Shown: in pieces, positions 1-11,173 of the stretch
Layout: the number at the start of each line of letters is the position of its first letter
Numbering within the stretch: the stretch's first letter is position 1
Assembly (NCBI GenBank): GCA_965224025.1
Contig: OZ245033.1
Location: 3,392,001 to 3,456,000, forward strand
DNA length: 64,000 nt
Direction: 5' to 3'
Origin: Candidatus Multivorans sp.
GTDB lineage: Bacteria > Acidobacteriota > Thermoanaerobaculia > Multivoradales > Multivoraceae
Notes under the pieces: generated by a model
The model's database searches: none
The model's input: the letters and a program-made list of their open reading frames with translations, nothing else
Told to the model about the DNA's origin: nothing
Program-made: the position numbers and the translations under genes

Positions 1-571
1 CACGGTCGGCCTGGAGAGCATGGACCTGGTGAACCCGCGCGTGATGTGCGGCCTGTTCATCGGCGCCATGCTGCCGTTCCTGTTCTCGTCGATGGCGATG
101 AAGGCCGTGGGCAAGGCCGCCTTCGAGATGATCGAGGAAGTGCGGAGGCAGTTCCGCGCGATTCCCGGCCTGATCGAGGGGAAGGCGAAGGCGGACTACG
201 CCCGCTGCGTGGACATTTCAACCGCGGCGGCGCTCCGGCAGATGGTCGCGCCGGGTCTGCTTGCCATTCTGGTTCCGGTCGCGGTTGGCTTCTACGATGT
301 CGAGGCGCTGGCGGGCGTGCTTGCCGGCGTCACGGCGGGCGGCGTCCTGCTCGCGATCTTCATGTCCAACGCCGGCGGCGCCTGGGACAACGCGAAGAAG
401 TACATCGAAGCCGGCGCCCATGGCGGCAAGGGCTCGGACGCGCACAAAGCCGCGGTGGTTGGGGACACGGTGGGCGACCCGTTCAAGGACACCGCCGGCC
501 CGAGCCTGAACATTCTGATCAAGCTGATGTCCGTCGTGTCCCTGGTCATCGCGCCCCTGCTCGTACTATGA
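1..571 (+). CDS. hppA: Membrane-bound H+/Na+-translocating pyrophosphatase, C-terminal part (truncated by window start)
   Basis: Motifs [14 protein letters not shown] and [25 protein letters not shown]. Confidence 0.97.
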   Translation, partial: TVGLESMDLVNPRVMCGLFIGAMLPFLFSSMAMKAVGKAAFEMIEEVRRQFRAIPGLIEGKAKADYARCVDISTAAALRQMVAPGLLAILVPVAVGFYDVEALAGVLAGVTAGGVLLAIFMSNAGGAWDNAKKYIEAGAHGGKGSDAHKAAVVGDTVGDPFKDTAGPSLNILIKLMSVVSLVIAPLLVL

Positions 572-701
572 CCGACAGCCGTGATAGATTCCGCCGCCGA
601 TTCGTTGCGGCTTGGGCGCCAACGAACATCACCATGCGCTCGCGGACAAACCTCGCCCTCCGTCTTCGATCCACCGCGACCGCCGCACCGAGGATGAACG
701 A

Positions 702-1070
702 TTGACACGGACATACGAACTGGTCTTCATCGCGGACCCACGCCTCTCGGACGAAGAGGCCGTGCAGTTGAGCGACGGTTTCGCCGAGATGCTGGTCGCG
801 GATGGCAGGACCCGGATCACTCAGGAAGAATCCTGGGGCAAACGCCGGCTCGCCTATCCGATCCGGAAGTTCACCGAGGGGCGGTACCACATCTACTACC
901 TGGAGTCCGACGGAGGCGACCACGGCCTTGCCGAGGTCGGGCAGAGGATGCTCCAGAACGAGCGCATCCTGCGTCACCTTGTGGTGCGGACGGACCGTGA
1001 TCTGAAACGCGCGGCAAGCAAGGGCAAGGCGCCGGTCCAGTCGACGGTCCTCGCCGAGGCTGCCAGCTAA
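702..1070 (+). CDS. rpsF: 30S ribosomal protein S6
   Basis: [28 protein letters not shown]; in-frame TTG start at 702 after GAGGA. Confidence 0.95.
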   Translation: MTRTYELVFIADPRLSDEEAVQLSDGFAEMLVADGRTRITQEESWGKRRLAYPIRKFTEGRYHIYYLESDGGDHGLAEVGQRMLQNERILRHLVVRTDRDLKRAASKGKAPVQSTVLAEAAS

Positions 1071-1086
1071 GGGGATATCGAGAGAC

Positions 1087-1317
1087 ATGCCGAAACGCAA
1101 GACCTTCTTCCGCCGCCGCAAGGTGTGCAAGTTCACCGCAGACGGGATCGAGTACATCGACTACAAGGACGTCGCGACCCTGCGGCCCTTCGTGCCGGAG
1201 AGGGCGAAGGTTCTCCCGCGCAGGATCTCGGGCAACTCGGCCCGCCACCAGAGAATGCTGGCCCGCGCCATCCGGCGGGCGCGCTTTCTGGCCCTGATTC
1301 CGTACACCACGGACTGA
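1087..1317 (+). CDS. rpsR: 30S ribosomal protein S18
   Basis: [38 protein letters not shown]. Confidence 0.98.
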   Translation: MPKRKTFFRRRKVCKFTADGIEYIDYKDVATLRPFVPERAKVLPRRISGNSARHQRMLARAIRRARFLALIPYTTD

Positions 1318-1350
1318 ACTGTCAGGGAGGGAAGGGGCGAGGAACGAAAG

Positions 1351-1797
1351 ATGGAAGTCATCCTGCTTCAGGACATGAGGGCGCTCGGTGCGCGCGGCGA
1401 GGTCGTCGATGTCAAGCCCGGCTACGCACGGAACTACCTGTATCCGAGGGAGCTCGCCGCGCCGTCCACGGTGGCGAACCGGCACTGGTTCGAGTCGCAG
1501 CGGTCGAAGTTCGACGCCCGGCACGCGGCGGAGCGCTCGGCTGCCGCCGAGATCGCGGCCGAACTTGCGGCCTTGAAGCTCAAGATCGCCAAGCGGGCCA
1601 GCGAGGCGGGAACTCTCTACGGCGCCGTGACGCCGACGGAAGTGGTCGAGGCGCTCGCATCCAAGGGCGTTCAGGTCCATCGCCGGATGGTCGACCTGTC
1701 GGGCGGCATCAAGACGTTGGGCGATCATGTCGTGCGGGTCGACCTGCACACGGAAGTGATTGCCGAAGTTGCGGTCGAGGTCGTGCCTGAGACCTAG
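1351..1797 (+). CDS. rplI: 50S ribosomal protein L9
   Basis: MEVILLQD, LGARGEVVDVKPGYARNYL, IKTLG. Confidence 0.98.
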   Translation: MEVILLQDMRALGARGEVVDVKPGYARNYLYPRELAAPSTVANRHWFESQRSKFDARHAAERSAAAEIAAELAALKLKIAKRASEAGTLYGAVTPTEVVEALASKGVQVHRRMVDLSGGIKTLGDHVVRVDLHTEVIAEVAVEVVPET

Positions 1798-1816
1798 GGT
1801 CCCCAGCGAGGCGGAC

Positions 1817-3100
1817 GTGCTCGACGGGGCGTCCGAGCAGACCGTCGGCGCGGACGGTGAAACAGTGGGCGGCGACAGCGGATCCACGGAAGTCGAAGAC
1901 TTCCTTGGGGATCGTCCGACCCATCGTCTCGAGGATTGGCGCCGCCTCTGGGATCGGGATATCCCGTTCCCCATTCGCAGTCACCGCGGCTTCGCCGGCA
2001 GTCTGCTCGTGGCCCTCAAGCGGTTGCTGCGGCCGTTCGTCTTGCTGCCGCAGAAGGATCTCTGGGAGCGCCAGCGGGTCTTCAACCTCATCCTGCTGGG
2101 CCAGGTCCAGGATCAGGAGCAGCGTTTCCGGGAATGGCGCAAGCGCCAGGAGCAGGTCGATCAGGCACTCGAGCAGCGCATCGGCGATCTGGACCGGCGG
2201 ACCAGGCACCTCGAGAGCTTCCTGCGCCAGGGCCTGGACGAGGTCATGCGTCATGACGACGCGCTGTTCGGTCGCGTCGACCGAAAGCTGGACCGGTACC
2301 GCCGCGAAGCGGACGAACTCGCCGGTCTCCTGAGATCGGCTCTGGCCAGGGGCGGCGAGGAGGCGGCGGGGGCGTTTCGGTCCAGCGTCGACGACGCTTC
2401 CTACCTAGCGTTCGAGCACCGGTTTCGGGGCGGGGAGGAAGAGATCCGGCGGCGCCTTCAGGTCTACCTGTCTCGGCTCCGCGAGGCGGCGCCGATCCTG
2501 GACCTCGGCTGCGGCCGCGGCGAGGCGCTGGCGCTCCTCCAGGAGGAGGGAGTCGAGTGTCGCGGCATCGATTCCTCCGCTGCCATGGTGCGCCGCTCTT
2601 CCCAGAGGGGCCTTCGGGTCGAGCAGGGCGATCTGCTGGAGGGCCTGGCCGGCGTCGAGCCCGGATCCGTAGGCGGAATCGTCTCCTTTCACGTGATCGA
2701 ACACCTGCCTCCGGAGGCAGTCGACCGGCTCGTGCGGCTCGCCTTCGCGGCCCTTCGCCCCGGGGGGCTTCTCCTGCTCGAAACGCCGAATCCGCTCTCG
2801 GTTTCCGTGACCGCGCGGAGCTTCTGGCTCGACCCGACGCACGTGCGGCCGGTTCACCCGGAGACGCTGCGCGCCAGCTACGAGAGCGCCGGATTCGGCG
2901 GCATCGAACGGCTCGACCTGCGGCCCTACCCCGAAGAGGAGCGTCTGCCCGAGATCCCGCTCGAGGGTCTGGACGGTCAGAGCCGCGAACTGGCGGACCG
3001 CCTGAACCGCCTTCGCGACGAACTCGACGATCTCCTCTACGGCTACCGGGACTACGCGTTGGTCGGCGTGCGGCCCGTGTCGGAGTCGGCGCGGCCCTGA
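1817..3100 (+). CDS. Class I SAM-dependent methyltransferase with N-terminal coiled coil (glycan-cap methyltransferase-like)
   Basis: YLAFEHRFRG, ILDLGCGRGE, SFHVIEHL, ETPNP, FWLDPTHVRP; start uncertain (GTG 1817). Confidence 0.85.
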   Translation: MLDGASEQTVGADGETVGGDSGSTEVEDFLGDRPTHRLEDWRRLWDRDIPFPIRSHRGFAGSLLVALKRLLRPFVLLPQKDLWERQRVFNLILLGQVQDQEQRFREWRKRQEQVDQALEQRIGDLDRRTRHLESFLRQGLDEVMRHDDALFGRVDRKLDRYRREADELAGLLRSALARGGEEAAGAFRSSVDDASYLAFEHRFRGGEEEIRRRLQVYLSRLREAAPILDLGCGRGEALALLQEEGVECRGIDSSAAMVRRSSQRGLRVEQGDLLEGLAGVEPGSVGGIVSFHVIEHLPPEAVDRLVRLAFAALRPGGLLLLETPNPLSVSVTARSFWLDPTHVRPVHPETLRASYESAGFGGIERLDLRPYPEEERLPEIPLEGLDGQSRELADRLNRLRDELDDLLYGYRDYALVGVRPVSESARP

Positions 3101-3122
3101 CGCAAGGCCGCCCGGAGCGCGT

Positions 3123-6092
3123 TCAACGAGCGTCGCCGGAAGCCGGTAGGACCGGCAGTTCCACGGCCCGGCCCCGCAGCATGACGCCAAACACCCGGTG
3201 GCGCTCGGTGAAGACCGACGGCAGCGGCGCGCCCGGGACGTTGCCGCGAAAGCCGGTCCTCAGCAGCCGCGGATCGTCGAACTGCTCGACCACGTCCGGG
3301 CGCCCCGGCCCCGAGCGCCCGACGTTGGCTAGGAACTCACCGTCGCGGTAGATGACGACTTGGCGCGCCGTCTCGGCCCGTTCGAGGTCGGCCGCCCAGC
3401 CCGCGATGCTGGTGCCGCGCCGCAGCGCCGCCACCCGGTCGACCGCGCCGTCGAAGCCGTCGCCGGGCGCATGCACGGGGAGCCGGCGACCGTCCGAGAC
3501 GGGGACGATCTCCCTGCCGCCGCGCCCGCGCTCGAGTGGCCGGTAGGAGAATCGGAGCCGAGTGGCGACGCCGCCGTGACCGACCGCGAAGGCGACGATG
3601 CCCTCGCGCTCGACCTGTTCCCGGTCGGCCGCGAGCCGCAGCGTGAAGCCGTTGTCCCTGAGCGCCGGGCCGCTGAAGGCGGTCGCCTCCGAGCCGACGA
3701 CGGTGACCACCGTGTTGGACCGTCCGGTGTTGACCGCGTCGGACGCCCGGCCGTTGAGCCGGAAGAGCGAGCGGCCGCCTGCCGCGGGCCCCTCGGGCAC
3801 GGTCGCGTCCAGGTATCCCAACAGGTCGCGGGACGGCGGCGCCACCGGCAGCGTCTCCGACGCCCGGGCCTGGTCCCGGACGGAGCTCCGGCGCAGGCCC
3901 TCGATCAAGCCTTCACCGCCTCGCACCGCCTCGTACCGGTACTCGGAATCCACTCGGTAGGCGAAGGCCTCCGGAGAGTCGAGGCGTTCGAGCTCCAGTT
4001 CGCCGTCGCGATCCGTGGCCAGAAACAGGTCGATCCGGTTGTGGCCGGGGTGCAGCAGCGGCTCTGGCAGGATTGCCGAGACCCGAGTCCGGCCGCGCTC
4101 GAAGTGGGCGTGGACGGTGTCCGCCACGATTCCGTTCACGGCGACGACGACGGGTCGGTCCGGGGGCGTTTTCCGATCGACGAGGAACGCTTCGACGACA
4201 GCGGGCAGCAGCGTCGCCTCCAGGTCGATGTCGTCCCAGACGTGGGGGAGCTCGAGTCGAGCGCGGGTTGCGCCGGCGCGCACCGCCAGTTCGGAGACCG
4301 GCCGGCCGTGCAGCTCGGGCAACGAGCCGATCCCCGCCGGGTCGTTCGACTCGCCGAGCAGCGCGGTCTGCTCCGCGAGGCGGGAGCGGCGCCAGGAATC
4401 CCGCTCCGCCGGAACCTCAATTTCGGCGCCGTGCTCACTGAACCACAGTGGAGAGGCGCCGCCCCGCGCGCGTCCCATGCCGGTGTTGCCGGCGTCCCCG
4501 GCGAGTTCCAGCATGAGCGGCGTCAGGTCGACCAGAGAGATGGGACCGCGGTCGATCTCCGGCCGGTCCTGGAACGGCGCCTTGACGATCAGGGGCACGG
4601 CGACAAGGTCCAGGATCTGGCCGCCCGAGGGGTCGGGCGCCGGCAGCCGCAACGACCGGCCCGGCTGGAACGAAAGGCCGTGATCCGCCGCGATCACGAC
4701 CAGGCTGCGGTCGAACAGGTCGAGCGCATCCAGCTTCTCCAGCAGCTCGCCGATCAGCCGGTCCACGAACTGGAGCTGGAGCAGGTAGCGCTTCTGGTGG
4801 TGCTTGACCGTCCAGGCGTCGCTGGTCCAGGTTCCGTCCCTGAGACCGTAGGCCCTGCTGCGGGAGTACCTCCGGCCGGACGGCAGGTACTCCCAGGGAG
4901 CGTGGGGCAGCAGGACGTGCGTGAAGTACAGGCCCGGCCGCGCTCCCGGCGGTCTGATCGAGTCCATGAAGCGGCGGAAGTCGTTGACCCGTTCGTCGTT
5001 CCGGCGATGGGGGTGGGCCCGCGCCAGTTGCCGATCGCCGGGTGTCGAAGGCGCGGCCTCAGCGGTCGCCCGGTCGAAGCCGCTCCAGGTCCGGTCGAGC
5101 GGCGGAATTCGCTCCGCCCACGGTTCCGGCAGCGTCAGGCTGAGCCAGACGAAACGGAGGTCGGAGAGCAGCAGGCCGAAGCGCTGGCCGAAGGGAGGCC
5201 GTTCGTCCTCCAGCAGGTTCCGATCGGGCGGGCACAGCGAGGTGACCGGTTCCATGGCGAAGATGTCGTGGCTCGGCGCGAGCAGCGTGAACAGATTGAC
5301 CGCGTGGTCGGCGGCGGTCGGGAGCCGGCCCCGCTCGGGCGGCGAGCCGGTCAGCATCGCCGGCACCGCGTGGTTCGTCATGTTGGAGGCGGCCGTGGCG
5401 TTGGGATACCACGTGGCGCGGTCGGCGAAGCGCGCCAGATTGGGAAAGCGCCGGCGGTCGATCGCGCCCTCGGCGTCGAGGATCGAGATCATCGACCACT
5501 CGTCGAAGACGGCCAGGACGATCGGCGCCCGGGCGCCGCCGCTGCCCGGAAGCGCCGCGCCGCCGGCCCCGGCGAGGGCGCGCCGCACGTCGCCGTCGAG
5601 CACCAGGACCGCCGGCGCCACGACCGTGGCCCCCGCCACCAGCAGGGCGAGGGAACGAAAGGCGGGGAGGCGGAGGTAGGCCCACGCGACGGCGGCGCAG
5701 GTGGCCAGGGCGACGGTCCCGGCGGCGGCCGCGGGAAGGCCGCGAACGGCCTGCAGCGCGATCGTTCCGACGAGCAGTCCGGCGGCCGCCGCGACCGCCG
5801 GTCGCACCCAAGCCGGGCGGAAGAGCCGGACCGCGGCGGCCGGAACGGAGAGGACGAGGGCGGGGCCGATCGCGGCGAGCGCGACCAGGACCGCGATGTC
5901 AACAAACGCGAGCTGTCGGATGGCGAAGAACTCGGGCGTTCGCCGCAGCAGGTCGTAGACCGGCTGGGCGATCGCGAGTGTGCTCAGTCCGGCGATCGCG
6001 AGAACGCCGCGGCCGAGGCCCGTGCGTCCTCCGGTGCTCCGGGAATCCGGAGAATCGCCGGATGCTGGGAGGACTTGCCGGTTCGCGCCCAA
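3123..6092 (-). CDS. Membrane-anchored alkaline phosphatase/sulfatase-superfamily hydrolase/transferase with long C-terminal extension
   Basis: N-terminal TM helices; IVLAVFDE, HVLLPHAPW, VIAADHG motifs. Confidence 0.8.
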   Translation of the reverse strand: MGANRQVLPASGDSPDSRSTGGRTGLGRGVLAIAGLSTLAIAQPVYDLLRRTPEFFAIRQLAFVDIAVLVALAAIGPALVLSVPAAAVRLFRPAWVRPAVAAAAGLLVGTIALQAVRGLPAAAAGTVALATCAAVAWAYLRLPAFRSLALLVAGATVVAPAVLVLDGDVRRALAGAGGAALPGSGGARAPIVLAVFDEWSMISILDAEGAIDRRRFPNLARFADRATWYPNATAASNMTNHAVPAMLTGSPPERGRLPTAADHAVNLFTLLAPSHDIFAMEPVTSLCPPDRNLLEDERPPFGQRFGLLLSDLRFVWLSLTLPEPWAERIPPLDRTWSGFDRATAEAAPSTPGDRQLARAHPHRRNDERVNDFRRFMDSIRPPGARPGLYFTHVLLPHAPWEYLPSGRRYSRSRAYGLRDGTWTSDAWTVKHHQKRYLLQLQFVDRLIGELLEKLDALDLFDRSLVVIAADHGLSFQPGRSLRLPAPDPSGGQILDLVAVPLIVKAPFQDRPEIDRGPISLVDLTPLMLELAGDAGNTGMGRARGGASPLWFSEHGAEIEVPAERDSWRRSRLAEQTALLGESNDPAGIGSLPELHGRPVSELAVRAGATRARLELPHVWDDIDLEATLLPAVVEAFLVDRKTPPDRPVVVAVNGIVADTVHAHFERGRTRVSAILPEPLLHPGHNRIDLFLATDRDGELELERLDSPEAFAYRVDSEYRYEAVRGGEGLIEGLRRSSVRDQARASETLPVAPPSRDLLGYLDATVPEGPAAGGRSLFRLNGRASDAVNTGRSNTVVTVVGSEATAFSGPALRDNGFTLRLAADREQVEREGIVAFAVGHGGVATRLRFSYRPLERGRGGREIVPVSDGRRLPVHAPGDGFDGAVDRVAALRRGTSIAGWAADLERAETARQVVIYRDGEFLANVGRSGPGRPDVVEQFDDPRLLRTGFRGNVPGAPLPSVFTERHRVFGVMLRGRAVELPVLPASGDAR

Positions 6093-6093
6093 G

Positions 6094-8571
6094 TCAGGGG
6101 CCTTCCTCGTCCTCTCTCCAACGCTCGCGGACCAGGGACCAGTCGGTGACGTCCTCCGGCATGTTCTCGTCGGCCTTTGGCTCGCCGTACAGGGCCCGCT
6201 GCTGGTACCAGGGCAGGTCGTAGACGGGTCGCGTGTCGGGGTCGAAGGAGAGCACCGGCTCGGTGCCGGCGATGAACGCTTCGTCGATCAGGTGCTGTCC
6301 CACGGGGCGACGCGCCGGGAGCAGGCCGGAGTTGTACTCGATCCGCGCCAGGCGGACCTGGTTGGGCCGGGTGAACGTCTCCCGCGGATCGATCCAGCCG
6401 TCCTCGATCCCCTGGCGCAGGATCTCGTTCCAGATCGGCAGGGCCGCCGCGGCGCCGGTCATGTTGCGGCCGATGCGCTGCCGCTGGTCGTAGCCGACCC
6501 AGACCACGAGCGTGTACGTGGGGGTGTAGCCGGCGAACCACGCGTCGGTAAATCCGTCCGTGGTGCCGGTCTTGCCGGCCACGGCCGCAAGTCCGAGGCT
6601 TTTCGCTGACTGGGCGGTTCCGCGCTGAACCACTCCGGAAAGCACATGGGTCAGCAGGTACGCGACCTCCGGAGTCAGCACGGTCGACACCTGGGGCACG
6701 TGAGCCTCGAGCTCGCGGCCGTCCCGGGTCGCGACGCTCTCGATCATGTACGGCTCGACGTGGATCCCCAGGTTGGCCATCGTGGCGTACGCCGTGGCCA
6801 CCTCGAGCAGGCTCAGGTCGGCGGCGCCCAGGGCCAGACTCGGATACGGCGGCAGCGACGAACGGATGCCGGCCCGGTAGGCGAAGTCGACCACCCGGTC
6901 GGGGCCGACGATGTCCTGGAGCTTGACCGACGTGACGTTGATCGACTTCTCGAGCGCCTTGCGCAGGGTCAGGATGCCGAGGTACTTGCGGTAGTAGTTG
7001 CGGGGACTGTAACTCGGCAGGTTGTCGACGCCCACGAACACCGCCGGCCCATCGAAGAGCGTGTCGGCGGGGGTGAAGCCGTGTTCGAACGCGGCGCCGA
7101 AGACGAGTGGCTTGAAGAGCGAACCGACTTGGCGACGGGCCTGCACAGCGCGGTTGAATTCGCTTCGCTCGTAGTCCCAACCGCCGACCATCGCGCGCAC
7201 CGCGCCGGTCGACGACTCGAGCAGCAGCACGGCGCCCTCGACGATCGGCGCCTGGACAAGTTCGAGCGTAAAAGGCTGCCCCGGATCGGTTCCGCCGTCC
7301 AGCTCGGCCTCTCCGGCGGGCCGGAGTTCGAACCAGGCGATGTCGCCCCGCTCAAGGGGCGCCGCGTCGCGCCGGGTCCACGCGTACCCTTCGGGATGGA
7401 GCACAAAGCGGTCGTCGCCGATGCGGATCTCCGCCTCTCGCCGGCCGCGCCGGAGCACGACGCCCGGAGCCCAGGCACCGGCCTCCGGTTCGAAGCCGAC
7501 CCAGGCGGCGAGAAGACCCCCGACCGACTCGGCGAGGTCCTGCGCCTCGAGATCGTCCTGGTCGACACGGGACGCCGGCCCACGGTAGCCGCGCAGCCGG
7601 TCGATCCGAACCAGTCCCCGCCGCAGCGCCTGCTCGGCGGCGTTCTGCATCCGGGGATCCAGCGTCGTTCTGACCCGGAGACCTCGCTCGTAGAGGCCCT
7701 TCTGGCCGTGGGTGCGGTAGAGGTCGACCCGAACTCGTTCGGCGAAGTACGGCGCCACCGGCTTCGTCTCGCGCTGCTTGACCACGTTGAGCGGCTGCGT
7801 GGCCGCCTCCTCGGCCTGCTGTCTGCTGATCACGCCTCGCTCGGCCACGACGCGCAGGATCGTGTTGCGGCGATTGCGCACGACCTCGGGACGCAGGTAC
7901 GGCGTCCACACGCTCGGACCCGGCAGGATGGCCACCAGGGTGGCGGATTCCATGTGGTCCAGCTCGGCTGACGGCTTGCCGAAGTAGTAGCGGGAGGCAG
8001 CCTCGAGGCCGTAGTTGCGGTGGCCGAAGTAGGTCAGGTTGCAGTAGAGAGTCAGGATCTGCTGCTTGCTCAGCCGCTTCTCGAGTTCGATGGCGAGGAG
8101 CGTCTCCCGGATCTTCCGGCTCCAGACCTTCTCGCGGCCGAGATAGAGCGTTCGCGCCACCTGCATCGTGATCGTCGAGGCACCCGAGAATCTCTCGCCC
8201 CGCCGCCAGTTCTGCACGGTTGCTCGCGCCACGCCGATGATGTCGAAGCCGCCGTGAGAGTAGAAGTTCCGGTCCTCCGCGGTGAGCAGCACGCGCTCGA
8301 AGATTTCCGGCACCTCGCCTTCGGCGAGCATGATCCGCTTCTCGACGGAGTAACTCCGGAAGACCTCGCCGCGGTTGTCGAGGAGACGCGTGATCTGACT
8401 CGGATTCAACTCGGCGACGGTTTCCACCTGTGGCAGGTCGATCACCGCCGCGACGCCGATCCCCAGCAGGACGCCCGCGAGCGGCGTGGCCACAATCGGC
8501 GTAAGCCACCGCCAGTGCCGCAAGCCCCAGGCGAGCACGGGTTGCAGGGCGTTCCGCGGCGCCTCCATCAC
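6094..8571 (-). CDS. mrcA: Class A penicillin-binding protein 1A
   Basis: Transglycosylase EDRNFYSH, GASTITMQ; transpeptidase SLFK, SIN, KTG. Confidence 0.93.
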   Translation of the reverse strand: MMEAPRNALQPVLAWGLRHWRWLTPIVATPLAGVLLGIGVAAVIDLPQVETVAELNPSQITRLLDNRGEVFRSYSVEKRIMLAEGEVPEIFERVLLTAEDRNFYSHGGFDIIGVARATVQNWRRGERFSGASTITMQVARTLYLGREKVWSRKIRETLLAIELEKRLSKQQILTLYCNLTYFGHRNYGLEAASRYYFGKPSAELDHMESATLVAILPGPSVWTPYLRPEVVRNRRNTILRVVAERGVISRQQAEEAATQPLNVVKQRETKPVAPYFAERVRVDLYRTHGQKGLYERGLRVRTTLDPRMQNAAEQALRRGLVRIDRLRGYRGPASRVDQDDLEAQDLAESVGGLLAAWVGFEPEAGAWAPGVVLRRGRREAEIRIGDDRFVLHPEGYAWTRRDAAPLERGDIAWFELRPAGEAELDGGTDPGQPFTLELVQAPIVEGAVLLLESSTGAVRAMVGGWDYERSEFNRAVQARRQVGSLFKPLVFGAAFEHGFTPADTLFDGPAVFVGVDNLPSYSPRNYYRKYLGILTLRKALEKSINVTSVKLQDIVGPDRVVDFAYRAGIRSSLPPYPSLALGAADLSLLEVATAYATMANLGIHVEPYMIESVATRDGRELEAHVPQVSTVLTPEVAYLLTHVLSGVVQRGTAQSAKSLGLAAVAGKTGTTDGFTDAWFAGYTPTYTLVVWVGYDQRQRIGRNMTGAAAALPIWNEILRQGIEDGWIDPRETFTRPNQVRLARIEYNSGLLPARRPVGQHLIDEAFIAGTEPVLSFDPDTRPVYDLPWYQQRALYGEPKADENMPEDVTDWSLVRERWREDEEGP

Positions 8572-8594
8572 GCGCGTATCATACGGCCCGACTC

Positions 8595-9068
8595 ATGAGT
8601 CCCGAAGCCGAGGCGCCGCGCGGCCTGCCGCCGCTGCCGGAACCCTTCCCCGAGCCGTCGTCTGCGCGGCCGCGGGATCCGGGCCGGACGCGGCGTGGCT
8701 GTCTAGTCGCGGGCGTGGCCGGATGCGGACTGCTCGCGGTCGTCCTGGCGGTGGGGCTGGCGGTGGCCCTGACCCAGGCGGACGAACTGCTTGAGTTCGT
8801 ACTGGACTTCGGTCGCAACCGGATCATGGAGGAACTGCCTGAGGACATCACGTCGGAAGAGCGCAACCGTCTCGACCGGGCCTTTGATTCCGTACTCGAC
8901 CGCTACAAGACCCGTCCGGCGACGCCTGCCGATAACCGGCGGCTGCAGATGGCTCTCACCGACGCGCTGCGGCGGGCGGAGCGGGGACTCCTCGACCGCG
9001 ACGATCTGCGCCGGCTGACCGAGCGTCTCGAGCGGGTAGCGGCTTCCAACACTAGCCCGGAGATCTGA
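8595..9068 (+). CDS. Hypothetical single-pass membrane protein
   Basis: [13 protein letters not shown] followed by a hydrophobic stretch and helical domain; ends 1 nt before uvrB. Confidence 0.7.
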   Translation: MSPEAEAPRGLPPLPEPFPEPSSARPRDPGRTRRGCLVAGVAGCGLLAVVLAVGLAVALTQADELLEFVLDFGRNRIMEELPEDITSEERNRLDRAFDSVLDRYKTRPATPADNRRLQMALTDALRRAERGLLDRDDLRRLTERLERVAASNTSPEI

Positions 9069-9069
9069 C

Positions 9070-11169
9070 TTGCACCGGGGCGTCGAGCCGGCGAACGGGC
9101 CCAAAGCTTCGGCGCCCGGCGCGGAGGCCGGCCCGTCGGATCGCTGGCGCAGGTCGCGACCAGGCCGTTTCGAGCTCATCTCGCCGTTCAAGCCGCAGGG
9201 CGATCAGCCGGCGGCGATCGCCGAATTGGCGGCGGGTCTCAGGGACGACGTTTCCGAGCAGGTGCTGCTCGGGGTCACGGGTTCGGGCAAGACCTACACG
9301 GTCGCCAAGGTGATCGAGGCGGTGAACCGGCCCACGCTGGTCCTTTCGCACAACAAGACGCTGGCGGCGCAGCTCTACCAGGAATTCAAGAGCTTCTTTC
9401 CGAACAACGCGGTGGAGTACTTCGTCTCCTATTACGACTATTACCAGCCCGAGGCCTACGTTCCACAGTCGGACACGTACATCGAGAAGGAGACGAGCAT
9501 CAACGACGAGATCGACCGACTGCGTCTGCGGGCGACGATCTCGCTCTTCGAGCGCCGCGACGTGCTCGTCGTGGCGTCCGTGTCGTGCATCTACGGCCTG
9601 GGCGCGCCGGACGTCTTCTTCTCGATGCTCCAGTTCTTCGAGCGCGGAACGGAACTGCCGCTCGAGCGAGCGCAGCGGAGCCTGGCCGAGATGCAGTACG
9701 AACGCACCCGGCTCGACCTGTTCCACGGCAGCTTCCGGGTACGGGGCGACGTGCTTGAGATCCTGCCGGCCTACGACGACCGGGGCATTCGGGTCGAGTA
9801 TTTCGGGGACGAGATCGACCGGGTCTGCCGGTTCGACGTGATCACCGGCCGGGTGCTGGAGGAGGTCGACCGGGTGCCGGTCTTTCCGCGCAACCACTAC
9901 GTGACGCCGGAGGAGCGGATGCGGCGGGCGATTGCCTCGATCGAGGAGGAACTGGGGGAGCACCTGGCCGTCCTCGAACGCGAGAACCGCCTGCTCGAGA
10001 TGCAGCGGCTGGAGCAGCGGACCCGCTACGACCTGGAGATGCTGCGCGAGCTCGGTTCGTGCGCCGGCATCGAGAACTACTCGCGCCACCTCTCCGGCCG
10101 AGCGCCGGGCGAAGCTCCGCCGACGTTCCTGGACTACCTGCCCGAAGACTTCCTGCTGGTGGTCGACGAGAGCCACCAGTCGATTCCCCAAGTCCATGGG
10201 ATGTACCACGGCGACCGCGCGCGCAAGGAGACCCTGGTGGAGTTCGGCTTTCGCCTGCCGAGCGCCCTCGACAACCGACCGCTCCGGTTCGACGAGTTCG
10301 AGCAGCGTTGCGCTCAGCGGATCTACGTGTCGGCCACGCCGGGCCGGTTCGAGCTGGAACGGACCGGCGGCGTGGTGGTGGAGCAGATCATCCGGCCGAC
10401 CGGCCTGCTCGATCCCCGGATCGAGTTGCGGCCGTCCGCGAACCAGATCGACGACCTGGTGGAGGAGGCGCGGGCGGCGATCGAGCGCGGCGAACGGATA
10501 CTGGTGACCACGTTGACCAAGCGGATGGCGGAGGAACTGACCCAGTACCTGACCGAGCTCGGCCTGCGGGTCCGCTACCTCCACAGCGACATCGACACCC
10601 TGGAGCGGGTCGAGATCACAACCGCGCTGCGGCGCGGCGAGTTCGACATCCTGGTCGGCATCAACCTGCTGCGGGAGGGGCTCGATCTCCCCGAGGTCTC
10701 GGCGGTCGCGATCCTGGACGCGGACAAGGAGGGATTCCTGCGCAGCGAAGTATCGCTGATTCAGACCGCGGGCCGGGCGGCGCGCAACCTGAACGGGCGG
10801 GTCATCTTCTACGCCGACCGGCGCACCGACTCGATCGACCGGTCGTTGGAGGAGACGGCGCGGCGCCGGCGGATCCAGGACCGCTACAACCGCGAGCACG
10901 GGGTCGAACCGGCGTCGATCCTGAAGGAGGTCCATAGCCCGCTGGTCCAGATGAGCAACCTGGACTACCTGCACAAAGCGGGCGCCGAGGCCGAGAAGGC
11001 GGTGGAGGATCTGCTCCGCGAGGACGCGCCCGAGATGCCACTCGAACGCCGCATCGCGCGCCTGGAGAAGGGGATGAAGCAGGCGTCACGGCGGTTGGAG
11101 TTCGAGCAGGCGGCGGTGTTGCGCGACCGTCTCAAGGAACTGCGCAGTCTGAAGGTGATGGGGAGGTGA
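9070..11169 (+). CDS. uvrB: Excinuclease ABC subunit B
   Basis: [35 protein letters not shown]-terminal UVR domain. Confidence 0.99.
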   Translation: MHRGVEPANGPKASAPGAEAGPSDRWRRSRPGRFELISPFKPQGDQPAAIAELAAGLRDDVSEQVLLGVTGSGKTYTVAKVIEAVNRPTLVLSHNKTLAAQLYQEFKSFFPNNAVEYFVSYYDYYQPEAYVPQSDTYIEKETSINDEIDRLRLRATISLFERRDVLVVASVSCIYGLGAPDVFFSMLQFFERGTELPLERAQRSLAEMQYERTRLDLFHGSFRVRGDVLEILPAYDDRGIRVEYFGDEIDRVCRFDVITGRVLEEVDRVPVFPRNHYVTPEERMRRAIASIEEELGEHLAVLERENRLLEMQRLEQRTRYDLEMLRELGSCAGIENYSRHLSGRAPGEAPPTFLDYLPEDFLLVVDESHQSIPQVHGMYHGDRARKETLVEFGFRLPSALDNRPLRFDEFEQRCAQRIYVSATPGRFELERTGGVVVEQIIRPTGLLDPRIELRPSANQIDDLVEEARAAIERGERILVTTLTKRMAEELTQYLTELGLRVRYLHSDIDTLERVEITTALRRGEFDILVGINLLREGLDLPEVSAVAILDADKEGFLRSEVSLIQTAGRAARNLNGRVIFYADRRTDSIDRSLEETARRRRIQDRYNREHGVEPASILKEVHSPLVQMSNLDYLHKAGAEAEKAVEDLLREDAPEMPLERRIARLEKGMKQASRRLEFEQAAVLRDRLKELRSLKVMGR

Positions 11170-11173
11170 TGGG

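Noticed and set aside
1087-1317. S18 lacking a full Zn-binding Cys set and no ssb/priB in the operon
   Set aside because: Both are common variants
3360-6149. 929-aa plus-strand ORF
   Set aside because: Antisense shadow of the sulfatase-fold gene in high-GC DNA
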